Shown: positions 28,369-37,365, counted from the stretch's first letter. The stretch is DNA of 64,000 nt from an uncultured Eubacteriales bacterium (GCA_949525845.1 CATEPI010000006.1:33917-97916); one strand, 5' to 3'. The notes: generated from the sequence alone by a model not told the origin. Program-made: numbers and translations.

Positions 28369-28734
28369 GTGGATCAACAAAAGCAGCACGGCATCGCGTC
28401 CGCAGTGGAGGCCCTGAACCGGCACATCCGGTTAAAGGAGATTTCTGATTTCCGAATCGACAGGCTGGAAGGGGAGACCCTGACCCTTGTAGGCAGCTTT
28501 GACCTGTCCTACTACCACGACCTGGCCCTGGTGATTACAGGCGTCTCCTCAGTCAACCTGTCCTGCTGCTTCTGGGTGGACCTGTCGGAGCCCCAGCCCT
28601 TTTCTGCCGCCTTTCCCTTAGAGGATACCGCCGTCCTCAGCTTTACCGACTGCGGCGCCCGCCGGCGGGGGGAGATCGCCTTCGAGGGGGACATCTCCCT
28701 TCAGATTGAGCATGTATCCTATTATAAAAGATAG
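28369..28734 (+). CDS. Hypothetical protein (immunity-protein-like ORFan)
   Basis: 121 aa, GTG start 6 nt after the mnmG stop; LVGSFDLSYYHDL motif. Confidence 0.65.
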   Translation: MDQQKQHGIASAVEALNRHIRLKEISDFRIDRLEGETLTLVGSFDLSYYHDLALVITGVSSVNLSCCFWVDLSEPQPFSAAFPLEDTAVLSFTDCGARRRGEIAFEGDISLQIEHVSYYKR

Positions 28735-28746
28735 AGAGGTGCATCT

Positions 28747-29436
28747 ATGGAACGGTCAAGCGGTCTGCTGGGAAAGCTACAGGAATTTCTTGACCCCACG
28801 CCCATTGAGGACAAATATACCCAGCTGTTGAAGCGGGCGTATACAGAGATATTTCAGCCGCGGGGCTTCAAGCGGGCAGGGCAGAATTTTCGCTGGTTCG
28901 GTCCGGACGGTCTGGGAAAGATTGTCAATTTCCGAAAAGACAAGTGGAATCAGAAGGACCTCCGGCTGGGCTTCATGATTAACACCGGCGTCTATTTTGA
29001 GCCGGAGCCAGCCATTAAAAACCGAGCATTCAAGGAATACGCCTGCCAAATCAGAAATTCCGGATACAATCCGACCCCCACCGACGAATACGGAAAAAAG
29101 GGTGAGGAATTTTCCTATAATAAGCAGTTCTGGTATATTTTTAAGCGGACCGACATGGAGGCAATGTATCAGGATTTGAAGCAGTCAATGGAAGACGTAT
29201 TTGATTGGTTCGACCATTTTGAAAGCCGCCAGGCTGTCATTGACATGATTCTGGACGGCACGGCCCAGCAGTACTCCCACACAATTGTCATGAACTACAA
29301 TGTGGCAAAAATGCTGGCCGAGATGGGCTATCAGGCCCAGGTCTACCAGCAGATCAAGGACACCCGGACCACCAATTCCCAGGCATGGGCGGTGATCCGG
29401 CTGGCGGAGGACCTGGAAAAGGAGCTGGGGCTATAG
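28747..29436 (+). CDS. DUF4304-like protein
   Basis: FQPRGFKRAGQNF-IVNFRKDKWN-FMINTG pattern; lower GC. Confidence 0.65.
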   Translation: MERSSGLLGKLQEFLDPTPIEDKYTQLLKRAYTEIFQPRGFKRAGQNFRWFGPDGLGKIVNFRKDKWNQKDLRLGFMINTGVYFEPEPAIKNRAFKEYACQIRNSGYNPTPTDEYGKKGEEFSYNKQFWYIFKRTDMEAMYQDLKQSMEDVFDWFDHFESRQAVIDMILDGTAQQYSHTIVMNYNVAKMLAEMGYQAQVYQQIKDTRTTNSQAWAVIRLAEDLEKELGL

Positions 29437-29593
29437 GGGCGGATATCGTCCGCCCCTATGCAGAATGTAGAACTGCGGGCGCATAATATGCGCCCCTACA
29501 AAACGCATTGCGTAGGGGCCGACGACCTCGGCGGCCCGTCTCCCGCAGGCCACCCTATTCCTAAAAACGGCGCGCCGGGTCGTCGCGCCCTAC
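29433..29593. repeat. Cluster of four GTAG-type REP units; the first supplies the upstream stop codon
   Basis: taggggcggatatcgtccgccc; gggcgcataatatgcgccctac; gtaggggccgacgacctcggcggccc; ggcgcgccgggtcgtcgcgccctac. Confidence 0.8.
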
Positions 29594-29616
29594 ACAATGT
29601 TTCCGGGAGGAATCTT

Positions 29617-30516
29617 ATGAACCTGACACAAATCAAGGGAAACACCTGGGTCATTGAGGCCAGCGAGCTGATCCCCCTGTACCGGCTGGATGACAGACGG
29701 TGCGTCCTGCTGGACACCGGCCTGCCGGGGGAGCGGGATGAGCTGGACGACACCCTGCGCTCAGCCGGGCTGACCCCCGCCGGGGTGCTGTGCTCCCACG
29801 CCCACGTGGACCACTGCGCCAACAATGGCTATTTTCAAGAGAAATACGGCACGAAGGTGGCCCTCACCTTTCCCGAGGCGGGTATGTGCTCCTCCCTGCT
29901 GACGCTCAAGTGCTACTTCCTCACCCTCTCCCCGGGAACGGTGGAGCGGGAGTCGTCCTGCATGCTGCACACGCCCGACGTGATCATTCCGCCTGCGGAC
30001 GGCCCCTTCTCCTTTTGCGGGGCGGATTTCCGTATTGTCCACACCCCGGGGCACTCCTCGGGACACGTGTGTACCGTCACCCCGGACAACGTGTGCTACA
30101 CCGCCGACGCCCTCCTCAGCCAGGAGCTGCTGGAGGCCAAGCTGCCCTACAACCTGAGCCAGCGCATGGCCCTGGACAGCCGGGAGAAGCTGCGGGGGCT
30201 GGGCTGCGACTTCTACGTCATGGCCCACCGGGGGGTGTGCTCCGGGGCGGAGATCGGCCCTCTGATCGACGCCAATCAGGCCCTGATCCACCGCCGGGCG
30301 GAGGAAATCCTCTCCCTGGTGGGCCGGCCCATGACGGCCAGCCAGATCGCTGAGGCGGCCTGCCTGCACTACAAGCTGCTCACCCACAAGCCCTCCCGCT
30401 CCCTGCGCTTTGAGCGCAACGTCCGCTTCTTCATCGAGTACCTGGTGGACGCCGGCCGGCTGGACGAGGTATGCCAAAACGGGGCCACCTACTATATCAG
30501 ACAGGAAAATTCCTGA
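29617..30516 (+). CDS. MBL-fold metallo-hydrolase
   Basis: LLDTG, SHAHVDHC, HTPGHSSGH, ADA; start placed after RBS GGGAGG. Confidence 0.88.
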   Translation: MNLTQIKGNTWVIEASELIPLYRLDDRRCVLLDTGLPGERDELDDTLRSAGLTPAGVLCSHAHVDHCANNGYFQEKYGTKVALTFPEAGMCSSLLTLKCYFLTLSPGTVERESSCMLHTPDVIIPPADGPFSFCGADFRIVHTPGHSSGHVCTVTPDNVCYTADALLSQELLEAKLPYNLSQRMALDSREKLRGLGCDFYVMAHRGVCSGAEIGPLIDANQALIHRRAEEILSLVGRPMTASQIAEAACLHYKLLTHKPSRSLRFERNVRFFIEYLVDAGRLDEVCQNGATYYIRQENS

Positions 30517-30629
30517 AAGTTAGGGAAAAATACTTGCAATCCGTTTAAAACTGTGGTATGCTGTTTGTTACTTCCGGGTTTTTCCCGCCGTCAATTTTCG
30601 GCCCCAGGGCCTTGAAAGGAACGAGAGAC

Positions 30630-30866
30630 ATGAATACACTGAATTTAGTCCTTACCATCATTCAGGTCCTGTGCGGCCTGGCCGTTATCGCCGTGGTGAT
30701 GCTCCAGTCCGGCAAGAGCGCCGGCCTGTCCGGGGCCATCGCCGGCGGCGCTGACACCTTCCTGTCCAAGAACAAGGCCAAGAGCCTGGACGCCAAACTG
30801 GCCAAGATGACCAAGTGGGTAGCTATCCTCTGGATCGTCATTACCCTGGCCCTGAGCCTGATTTGA
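30630..30866 (+). CDS. secG: Preprotein translocase subunit SecG
   Basis: VVMLQSGKSAGLSGAIAGG; two TM helices. Confidence 0.93.
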   Translation: MNTLNLVLTIIQVLCGLAVIAVVMLQSGKSAGLSGAIAGGADTFLSKNKAKSLDAKLAKMTKWVAILWIVITLALSLI

Positions 30867-30882
30867 GCCCTGTCGCAATACC

Positions 30883-30917
30883 AAAGCACCTCACCGAAAA
30901 GGTGAGGTGCTTTCTTT
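30883..30917 (+). terminator. secG terminator
   Basis: aaagcacctcacc-gaaaa-ggtgaggtgcttt. Confidence 0.85.
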
Positions 30918-30999
30918 CTGCTTGCGAAATGGGTCGAAGCCTGATACAATAGCAATGCCGCCCTGCCCCTCCCTGTGCAAGGGAAGGAGGTGAAACCCT

Positions 31000-31095
31000 A
31001 TGGGAGACGCTCGAGAACTCTTACTAGCCGTCGCCGCAAATGTTATCGCATACTACATTTGCAAATGGTTTGATGGCCACAGCAAAGGGCGGTAA
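31000..31095 (+). CDS. Type I toxin, Fst/Ldr-like, 31 aa (not in ORF track)
   Basis: MGDARELLLAVAANVIAYYICKWFDGHSKGR; promoter TTGCGA-17-TACAAT (30922-30950); RBS GGAGG with an upstream anti-SD. Confidence 0.82.
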   Translation: MGDARELLLAVAANVIAYYICKWFDGHSKGR

Positions 31096-31099
31096 CCAT

Positions 31100-31181
31100 A
31101 GCGAAACCCCGGAGAGTCACACCTCTCCGGGGTTCTTTTTTTGGTGATACCCATGGGAGACGCTCATTTCTGCCTGGGTAC
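31100..31181 (-). ncRNA. Putative antisense antitoxin RNA 1 (par RNAII-like)
   Basis: Minus promoter TTGCAT-18-TATAAT (31217-31188); 31143-31165 repeats the toxin start region 30989-31012; shared hairpin aaccccggagag/ctctccggggtt. Confidence 0.75.
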
Positions 31182-31227
31182 AGATTGATTATAACACAGT
31201 TGCGCCGGGATATGCAAGAGAAAAGTT

Positions 31228-32676
31228 TTATTTCACCTCGTGGCTGTTCAGCAAAGACTGCTTGATATCCCACAGCTTCTGGGACAGGTCCACGTAGTAG
31301 TTGTGGGGGTTCTCGAAGCGTTTCACTTCGTCCCACAGGGCGTCCACCTGCCGCTGGCAGTAGGCCCGGCTGGTCTGGAGGTCGGGCACCTGATACACCA
31401 GCTCGCCCCCCCGGAAGATGGGCACCATCAGCTCCCGGGCCTCAATGTCGGTGTACACCTTCCGCTTCCAGGTAGCGTCCGGGTCGAAGAGCTCCAGGGG
31501 CTGGGAGAAGTCAAACTCCTCGTCGTGGAGGCAGATGAGATCGGCCTCCGCCTTGCCGGTGTCCTTGGAGAAGATGCGATAAATCTTCTTGAAGTGGGGG
31601 GTGGTGATTTTGGCGGCGTTCTCACTGATCTTGATTTTGGGAATGATGGTCCCGTCGTCCCCCTCGATGGCGGCCAGCTTGTAGACCCCGCCGAACACCG
31701 GCTCGCTGCGGGAGGTAATCAGCCGCTCGCCCACGCCGAAGGAGTCGATGCGGGCCCCCTGACGCACCAGGTCCCGGATGATGTACTCGTCCAGGGCGTT
31801 GGAGACCACGATCTTGCAGTCGGTGAATCCGGCCTCGTCCAGCATCTCCCGGGCCTTCTGGGAGAGGTAGGTGAGGTCGCCGGAGTCCAGGCGGATGCCG
31901 CATTTGGTGATGCCCTGGGGGACCAGGACCTCCCGGAAGGCCCGGATGGCGTTGGGCACGCCGGACTTCAGCACGTTGTAGGTGTCCACCAGCAGGGTGG
32001 CGTTGTTGGGGTAGAGCCGGCAGTAGGTCTTGAAGGCCGTAAGCTCGTCGGGGAACATCTGCACCCAGGAGTGGGCCATAGTGCCAGTGGCGGGGGAGCC
32101 GTACCGCTGGTCGGCCATGGTGCAGGCGGTGGCGGCGCAGCCGGCGATGTAGCTGGCCCGGGCCCCCAGCAGAGCGCCGTCCGCCCCCTGAGCCCGGCGG
32201 GAGCCAAACTCAGCCACCGGCCGGCCCTCGGCGGCCCGGACGATGCGGTTGGACTTGGTGGCGATGAGACTCTGGTGGTTCAGGGTGAGCAGGAGGAAAG
32301 TCTCCACAAACTGGGCCTGGATGGCCGGGGCCCGGACGGTGAGGATGGGCTCATTGGGGAAGACCGGGGTGCCCTCGGGGACGGCCCAGATGTCGCCGGT
32401 GAATTCGAAGCCCCGCAAGAAGGCCAGAAATTCCTCGCTGAAACAGCCCTTGGTACGCAGGTAGTCAACATCCTCCTGGTCAAAGCACAGCTCCTGGATG
32501 TACTCCACCACCTGGGCCAGGCCGGCGGCGATGGCAAAGCCCCCCTTGTCGGGGACGGAGCGGTAGAAGACGTCAAAATAGCAGATGCGGTCCTGCAAGC
32601 CGGTCTGGAAGTAGCCGTTGGCCATGGTCAGCTCGTAGAAGTCGCAGAGCATGGTCAGGTTGGTTTTCGCTTTCAT
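31228..32676 (-). CDS. pncB: Nicotinate phosphoribosyltransferase
   Basis: DFYELTMA, EFGSRRAQG, GTMAHSW, LLVDTY, GIRLDSGD, DSFGVG. Confidence 0.96.
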   Translation of the reverse strand: MKAKTNLTMLCDFYELTMANGYFQTGLQDRICYFDVFYRSVPDKGGFAIAAGLAQVVEYIQELCFDQEDVDYLRTKGCFSEEFLAFLRGFEFTGDIWAVPEGTPVFPNEPILTVRAPAIQAQFVETFLLLTLNHQSLIATKSNRIVRAAEGRPVAEFGSRRAQGADGALLGARASYIAGCAATACTMADQRYGSPATGTMAHSWVQMFPDELTAFKTYCRLYPNNATLLVDTYNVLKSGVPNAIRAFREVLVPQGITKCGIRLDSGDLTYLSQKAREMLDEAGFTDCKIVVSNALDEYIIRDLVRQGARIDSFGVGERLITSRSEPVFGGVYKLAAIEGDDGTIIPKIKISENAAKITTPHFKKIYRIFSKDTGKAEADLICLHDEEFDFSQPLELFDPDATWKRKVYTDIEARELMVPIFRGGELVYQVPDLQTSRAYCQRQVDALWDEVKRFENPHNYYVDLSQKLWDIKQSLLNSHEVK

Positions 32677-32696
32677 AGGGAAAGCCTCCTTGTGTC

Positions 32697-32714
32697 GGGG
32701 TGACAAGACACCCC
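32697..32714. promoter_or_regulatory. Palindromic operator at the pncB transcription start (possible NiaR site)
   Basis: GGGGTGAC-AA-GACACCCC about 12 nt downstream of a minus-strand TATAAT (32726-32731). Confidence 0.45.
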
Positions 32715-32918
32715 CATTTGACCCTATTATACTCCCTCCGGCCAAAAATGCAAGGAAAAGTGCAATTTTCTAAAAACAGGTGCGCCAGAGTCATCCCGCA
32801 GCTTTTTATGCAGGGGCGGACACTCCCTCCGCATCTGCCACCCTTGCATCATTTGCCGAATTTTGCTATAATATGGGCGGTTGCCTTTCCACCCTGGCAA
32901 CAGGGAGGAGGTGAAGAT

Positions 32919-33011
32919 ATGAACACGTTGGTAGACTATATTGTGGCTGTCATAGCAAGTGTGGTTGGTCATTACATCTGCAAGTGGTTTGACCGTCACA
33001 ACAAAAGGTAA
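32919..33011 (+). CDS. Type I toxin, Fst/Ldr-like, 30 aa
   Basis: MNTLVDYIVAVIASVVGHYICKWFDRHNKR; promoter TTGCAT-17-TATAAT (32844-32872). Confidence 0.82.
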   Translation: MNTLVDYIVAVIASVVGHYICKWFDRHNKR

Positions 33012-33019
33012 CCGAGCAT

Positions 33020-33102
33020 AAACCGAACCCCTGGGAGAGATAGCAGCTCTCCCAGGGGTTCAATTTTTGGTGAAGACAACAATGTTGGTAGACTTGTTGG
33101 TC
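33020..33102 (-). ncRNA. Putative antisense antitoxin RNA 2
   Basis: Minus promoter TTGCAA-18-TATAAT (33138-33109); 33069-33094 repeats 32910-32937; shared hairpin aacccctgggagag/ctctcccaggggtt. Confidence 0.75.
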
Positions 33103-33146
33103 GAGGTCATTATATCACAAGCGATCCTATCTTTGCAAGAGTAATT

Positions 33147-33338
33147 TTATATTTTTTCCTTCCCGCCGCCGGGGAACAGCTGAAAAATCTTTCCCACGTT
33201 GGGCGGGTCGCCTCCTGCAGCCACCCAGCCGGCGGCAAAGGCCCGGCGAGCCATGGAAAACAGGTAATTTTCCGCCTCGTCATACTCAGGTGCTTCTAAA
33301 AACTGTGAAAAGGCATCTTCAAAGTCGTTGGAAAACAT
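33147..33338 (-). CDS. Small acidic hypothetical protein
   Basis: 63 aa, RBS GGGGGTGG; divergent from an RHH gene. Confidence 0.65.
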   Translation of the reverse strand: MFSNDFEDAFSQFLEAPEYDEAENYLFSMARRAFAAGWVAAGGDPPNVGKIFQLFPGGGKEKI

Positions 33339-33439
33339 TTCACCACCCCCACTATTTAAAACTAATTTACGCGATTATACATTGTATGTCAATGTTTAAT
33401 GCGGAATTATAGTATCATACTTCAGGGAGGGGAGATTCT

Positions 33440-33604
33440 ATGAAGCCTGTTAAAACATCGGTAAGCATAACCATTGACAATCCTGTCCTGGAACAGATAA
33501 AATATTTGGCCGAACTGGAGGACCGCTCCCTGTCCAGCTATATCAACCTGGTTCTCCGGGAGCACTTAAAGCAGCTGGAGCGGAAAAAGGCTGAAAACCG
33601 CTAA
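33440..33604 (+). CDS. Arc-like ribbon-helix-helix protein, 54 aa (not in ORF track)
   Basis: MKPVKTSVSITIDNPVLEQIKYLAELEDRSLSSYINLVLREHLKQLERKKAENR; RBS GGGAGG. Confidence 0.8.
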   Translation: MKPVKTSVSITIDNPVLEQIKYLAELEDRSLSSYINLVLREHLKQLERKKAENR

Positions 33605-33646
33605 AATACCCTTGACAGAGTGGGAGAACTGGCATACAATAGGAAG

Positions 33647-33874
33647 TCACAAAGCCTTGACAGGGAACAGTACCTCACAGCGGGGTTTTAGAGAGAGGAT
33701 GGCCGGTGCAAATCCTCCGAAGCTGTGGCGGGAAGGCGCCCTGGAGCGCGGGGAGGAAATGCCCCGCCGGTCCCCGCCGTTACCGGGTTAGAGTGTCCCC
33801 CCAGGGGAAATTCAGGTGGAACCACGGACAGTTTTTGTTCGCCCTGAGCCGAAAGGCTCGGGGCGTTTTTGTTT
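33647..33874 (+). promoter_or_regulatory. Glycine T-box riboswitch
   Basis: Promoter TTGACA-17-TACAAT (33612-33640); AGAGA box, GGTGCAA, specifier GAA-GGC (33735-33737, Gly); T-box AGGTGGAACCACG (33813-33825); terminator 33840-33874. Confidence 0.88.
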
Positions 33875-33890
33875 GGAAAGGAGTGATTTT

Positions 33891-34274
33891 ATGACCGAAC
33901 AGCACAGGGAGCAGGCCATTGAGGTGGTGAAGAACATCTGCCATGTTCTCCACGAGAAGCGGTATGAGGACCTGCCCTCCTGCGTGGACAAGATGGAGTG
34001 GGACAACACCGACGAGATCCGGGAGTGTATCCAGGGCACGCTGGAGATGAACGACTTCGATGTGTTCGACGAGTACGGCGTCCCCTGCAATTTTAAACCG
34101 CAGTATGAGTACCACCACGAAGTGATGTTTTTCGAGTACAAGGACGGCAGCGGTTTCGCCGTGGACTATGAGCTGACCTCCGGCGGCGAGTTGGTTTATC
34201 TGACGTTACAGCTTGAGTTCTTGTACGAAAACGGCGGCTTGAAATCTATTTTCCGCACCATCGACCCCCAGTAG
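33891..34274 (+). CDS. Hypothetical acidic protein inserted directly behind the T-box
   Basis: 127 aa, RBS AAGGAG; the stop is supplied by a REP GTAG tag. Confidence 0.75.
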   Translation: MTEQHREQAIEVVKNICHVLHEKRYEDLPSCVDKMEWDNTDEIRECIQGTLEMNDFDVFDEYGVPCNFKPQYEYHHEVMFFEYKDGSGFAVDYELTSGGELVYLTLQLEFLYENGGLKSIFRTIDPQ

Positions 34275-34293
34275 GGGCGGCCTTTGGCCGCCC
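34271..34293. repeat. Single GTAG-type REP
   Basis: gtaggggcggcctttggccgccc, nearly identical to 12517-12539. Confidence 0.8.
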
Positions 34294-34315
34294 GCCGGGT
34301 ATCAGAGAGGACAGT

Positions 34316-34633
34316 ATGAAAAGAAAGCATCCTTGGTTTATCTGGCTGTCGTTCGTTGGTCTTGCCTGGTTTTCCGGGAGAGTTTCCTGTGAATACCGCA
34401 GCGAAAGGATGACAAAGTGGCCGGATGAGAAGGTCAACCGGTGGCTGGGCTGGTGTGGACGTTTGATTGGTTCAGTACTGGCTGGGGTAATTCTCCCTGT
34501 CATTTTGGCGGGCTGCTTTATTAAGCCGTTTGGCTTGATATGGAATATTTTGGTTGTCCCATATATCTATCTGGCTGGAGTTTTTATCACCAATTATCTC
34601 TATGACTGGCATAACAGGAACAAATTATCATAA
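34316..34633 (+). CDS. Small membrane hypothetical protein
   Basis: 105 aa, three hydrophobic segments, low GC, RBS GAGG. Confidence 0.6.
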   Translation: MKRKHPWFIWLSFVGLAWFSGRVSCEYRSERMTKWPDEKVNRWLGWCGRLIGSVLAGVILPVILAGCFIKPFGLIWNILVVPYIYLAGVFITNYLYDWHNRNKLS

Positions 34634-34646
34634 GGAGTGCAACACT

Positions 34647-36071
34647 ATGAAAAACAGCGAAAAGACCATGGAAAAAATTGTGGCCCTGTGCAAGGGCCGG
34701 GGCTTCATCTTCGCCGGCAGTGAAATCTACGGCGGTCTGGCCAACACCTGGGACTACGGCCCCCTGGGTGTAGAGCTGAAAAACAACATCAAAAAAGCCT
34801 GGTGGAAGAAGTTCGTCCAGGAGAACCCCTACAACGTGGGTCTGGACGCCGCCATCCTGATGAATCCCCAGGTGTGGGTGGCCTCCGGCCACGTGGGCGG
34901 CTTCTCCGACCCGCTGATGGACTGCAAGGAGTGCAAGGAGCGCTTCCGCGCCGACAAGGTGATTGAGGACTGGTGCCAGGAGCACAGCTTCGACCTGGGC
35001 CACAGCGTGGACGCCATGTCCCAGGCCCAGATGAAGGAGTTTGTGGAGGAGCACCAGATCGTCTGCCCCTCCTGCGGCAAGTTCAACTGGACCGATATCC
35101 GCCAGTTCAACCTGATGTTCAAGACCTTCCAGGGGGTCACGGAGGACGCCAAGAACACCGTCTATCTCCGCCCCGAGACCGCCCAAGGCATCTTTGTCAA
35201 CTTCCAGAACGTCCAGCGCACCACCAGAAGAAAGCTGCCCTTCGGCGTGTGCCAGGTGGGCAAATCCTTCCGCAACGAGATCACCCCGGGCAACTTCACC
35301 TTCCGCACCCGGGAATTTGAGCAGATGGAGCTGGAATTTTTCTGCAAGCCGGGCACCGAGCTGGAGTGGTTCGCCTACTGGAAGAAGTTCTGTCATGAGT
35401 GGCTGCTGGGCCTGGGCATCAAGGACGAAAACCTCCGTCTCCGGGACCACGACCCCGAGGAGCTGAGCCACTACTCCAACGCCACCACCGACTTTGAGTT
35501 TGCCTTCCCCTTCACCGACTGGGGTGAGCTGTGGGGGGTGGCCAGCCGCACCGACTTTGACCTGAAGGCCCACCAGACCACCTCCGGCAAGGATCAGACC
35601 TACTTCGACCAGGAGACCAATGAGCACTATATCCCCTATGTGATCGAGCCCTCCCTGGGTGCCGACCGGGTCACCCTGGCCTTCCTGTGCGACGCCTACG
35701 ACGAGGAGGTGGTGGACGCCGAGAAGAACGACGTGCGCACCGTCCTGCGGCTGCACCCCGCCCTGGCCCCCTTCAAGTGCGCCGTGCTGCCCCTGTCCAA
35801 AAAGCTGGGGGATAAGGCCCGGGAGGTCCAGACCGAGCTGAGCAAGTATTTTATGGTGGACTACGACGACGCCGGGTCCATCGGCAAGCGCTACCGCCGT
35901 CAGGACGAGGTGGGCACCCCCTATTGCATCACCGTGGACTTCCAGACCGTCGGGAGCGACACCGAGGAGGCCGACCACGCCGTCACCATCCGGGACCGGG
36001 ACACCATGGACCAGGTCCGCGTGCCCATCAGCCAGCTGAAAAACTGGCTGGAGGAGAAGCTGGCGTACTAA
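34647..36071 (+). CDS. glyQS: Glycine--tRNA ligase (homodimeric, eukaryote/archaea-type)
   Basis: [55 protein letters not shown]. Confidence 0.96.
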   Translation: MKNSEKTMEKIVALCKGRGFIFAGSEIYGGLANTWDYGPLGVELKNNIKKAWWKKFVQENPYNVGLDAAILMNPQVWVASGHVGGFSDPLMDCKECKERFRADKVIEDWCQEHSFDLGHSVDAMSQAQMKEFVEEHQIVCPSCGKFNWTDIRQFNLMFKTFQGVTEDAKNTVYLRPETAQGIFVNFQNVQRTTRRKLPFGVCQVGKSFRNEITPGNFTFRTREFEQMELEFFCKPGTELEWFAYWKKFCHEWLLGLGIKDENLRLRDHDPEELSHYSNATTDFEFAFPFTDWGELWGVASRTDFDLKAHQTTSGKDQTYFDQETNEHYIPYVIEPSLGADRVTLAFLCDAYDEEVVDAEKNDVRTVLRLHPALAPFKCAVLPLSKKLGDKAREVQTELSKYFMVDYDDAGSIGKRYRRQDEVGTPYCITVDFQTVGSDTEEADHAVTIRDRDTMDQVRVPISQLKNWLEEKLAY

Positions 36072-36152
36072 GCTCTTAAAATATAGCGACAGGCCCCCTG
36101 TGCATACCGCGCAGGGGGCCTGCCCTCTAACCGCTGTGATGGAGGTGTTATT

Positions 36153-36404
36153 ATGCTACCACGTATTAAAGATGTAACGCCCATGCCGGAATATCAACTG
36201 CACGTTGTCTTTGATGACGGCAAATCCGTCATTTATGATATGATGGAGGATATCCGGCAAATCGAAAGCTACCGCGACCTGCTGAACATACACGGGCTGT
36301 TTGACCAGGTCTCTGTTGACCAGAGCCGGACCTGCGTGTACTGGAATGACGATATCGACCTGCCCAGCGATACGATTTATGAATATGGAATGCCCAAGGT
36401 TTAA
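36153..36404 (+). CDS. DUF2442-like protein (no partner gene visible)
   Basis: LHVVFDDGK, LFDQVSVD-VYWNDDIDLPSDTIYE. Confidence 0.75.
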   Translation: MLPRIKDVTPMPEYQLHVVFDDGKSVIYDMMEDIRQIESYRDLLNIHGLFDQVSVDQSRTCVYWNDDIDLPSDTIYEYGMPKV

Positions 36405-36446
36405 ATAAACGTCTCGTATTTTATTGTCGGTAAAATACGAGACATT

Positions 36447-36683
36447 TTAATTTTCTGCCTCCCTGTGAGCATCCTCGATGGACTTCAGGATCACATGGGG
36501 CGGCACATCCAAAGCCTGGCCGATTTTAAAGAGGGTATCCAGGGTAGGACTACGCAGTCCCCGTTCCAGTTTGCTGTAGTGGGTGCGGTCCAGTCCAGCC
36601 AGTCCGCTGAGCACATCCTGAGTTAAGCCTTTTCGCTCCCTGTACTCTACCAAAACGCGGCCGACAATTTCAGGTTTTACCAT
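36447..36683 (-). CDS. XRE-family HTH regulator
   Basis: RERKGLTQDVLSGLAGLDRTHYSKLERGLRSPTLDTL. Confidence 0.9.
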   Translation of the reverse strand: MVKPEIVGRVLVEYRERKGLTQDVLSGLAGLDRTHYSKLERGLRSPTLDTLFKIGQALDVPPHVILKSIEDAHREAEN

Positions 36684-36738
36684 CCTTTACTCCCTCCTTC
36701 GTACACCTATAGCATACCAATGAGGGAATTTCTTTATG

Positions 36739-36774
36739 GGGTCACTTGACCCCAAAGAAAAAAAGTAGTATAGT
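36739..36774 (+). promoter_or_regulatory. Promoter with an operator overlapping the -35 box
   Basis: GGGTCA-CT-TGACCC (36739-36752); TTGACC-17-TATAGT. Confidence 0.65.
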
Positions 36775-36809
36775 TATGTTACAGTAAAAAGGAAGGAAGC
36801 CTGATACAG

Positions 36810-36968
36810 ATGAAAAAAGTAACCCTATTGGTCCCGGAATACCTGTTCGACTTCTATGAGAAGGTAGGAAAAACAGCGGGCGGCCTTTCTCCAGAAAAAG
36901 TCACGTCGGACGCACTCTTTAAACTGGCAGGGGAATTATCCTTCAACGCCATCTATAAGGAAAAATAA
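36810..36968 (+). CDS. Small RHH-like protein, 52 aa, paralog of 43713-43874 (not in ORF track)
   Basis: MKKVTLLVPEYLFDFYEKVGKTAGGLSPEKVTSDALFKLAGELSFNAIYKEK; 33 of the first 47 aa identical to the paralog. Confidence 0.82.
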   Translation: MKKVTLLVPEYLFDFYEKVGKTAGGLSPEKVTSDALFKLAGELSFNAIYKEK

Positions 36969-37106
36969 GGGGCACCCCCGTCCAGTGGTCGAGAGTGCGT
37001 CAGTGCGTCAAAAAAGCGCACTGTGAAAGAACGCGTCCATTTTTTCTGTTCCTATTGACACACATGGAAAACAAATCTATAATAACAGGCGACAACTAAA
37101 TAGAGC

Positions 37107-37217
37107 GAATGTCTTCAAGGCAGGGTGAAATTCCCGATCGGCGGTAAAGTCCGCGAGCACACAGGTGCTGATTTGGTGAAAGTCCAAAACCGACAGTACA
37201 GTCTGGATTAAAGAAGG
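37107..37217 (+). promoter_or_regulatory. FMN riboswitch (RFN element)
   Basis: tcttcaaggcagggtgaaattcccgatcggcggtaaagtccgcgagc...gctgatttggtgaaagtccaaaaccgacagtacagtctggat..gaag; promoter TTGACA-17-TATAAT (37055-37083); terminator before the RBS. Confidence 0.92.
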
Positions 37218-37365
37218 TGTATTGAATTTGTCAGAACTGTTCTGACAGCATACACGTTTCCTGTCCGGCCAAGAAATGCTTTGTTGACATGTTCAATATA
37301 CCTCTTAATTACACCGAAAGGCATTGCGTTGCTTTTAGGTGTTAATTTTTTTGGAGGTAATTGAA

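Noticed and set aside
37229-37247. TGTCAGAAC-T-GTTCTGACA as an IS end
   Set aside because: Single copy within the FMN riboswitch expression platform; no transposase or target duplication.
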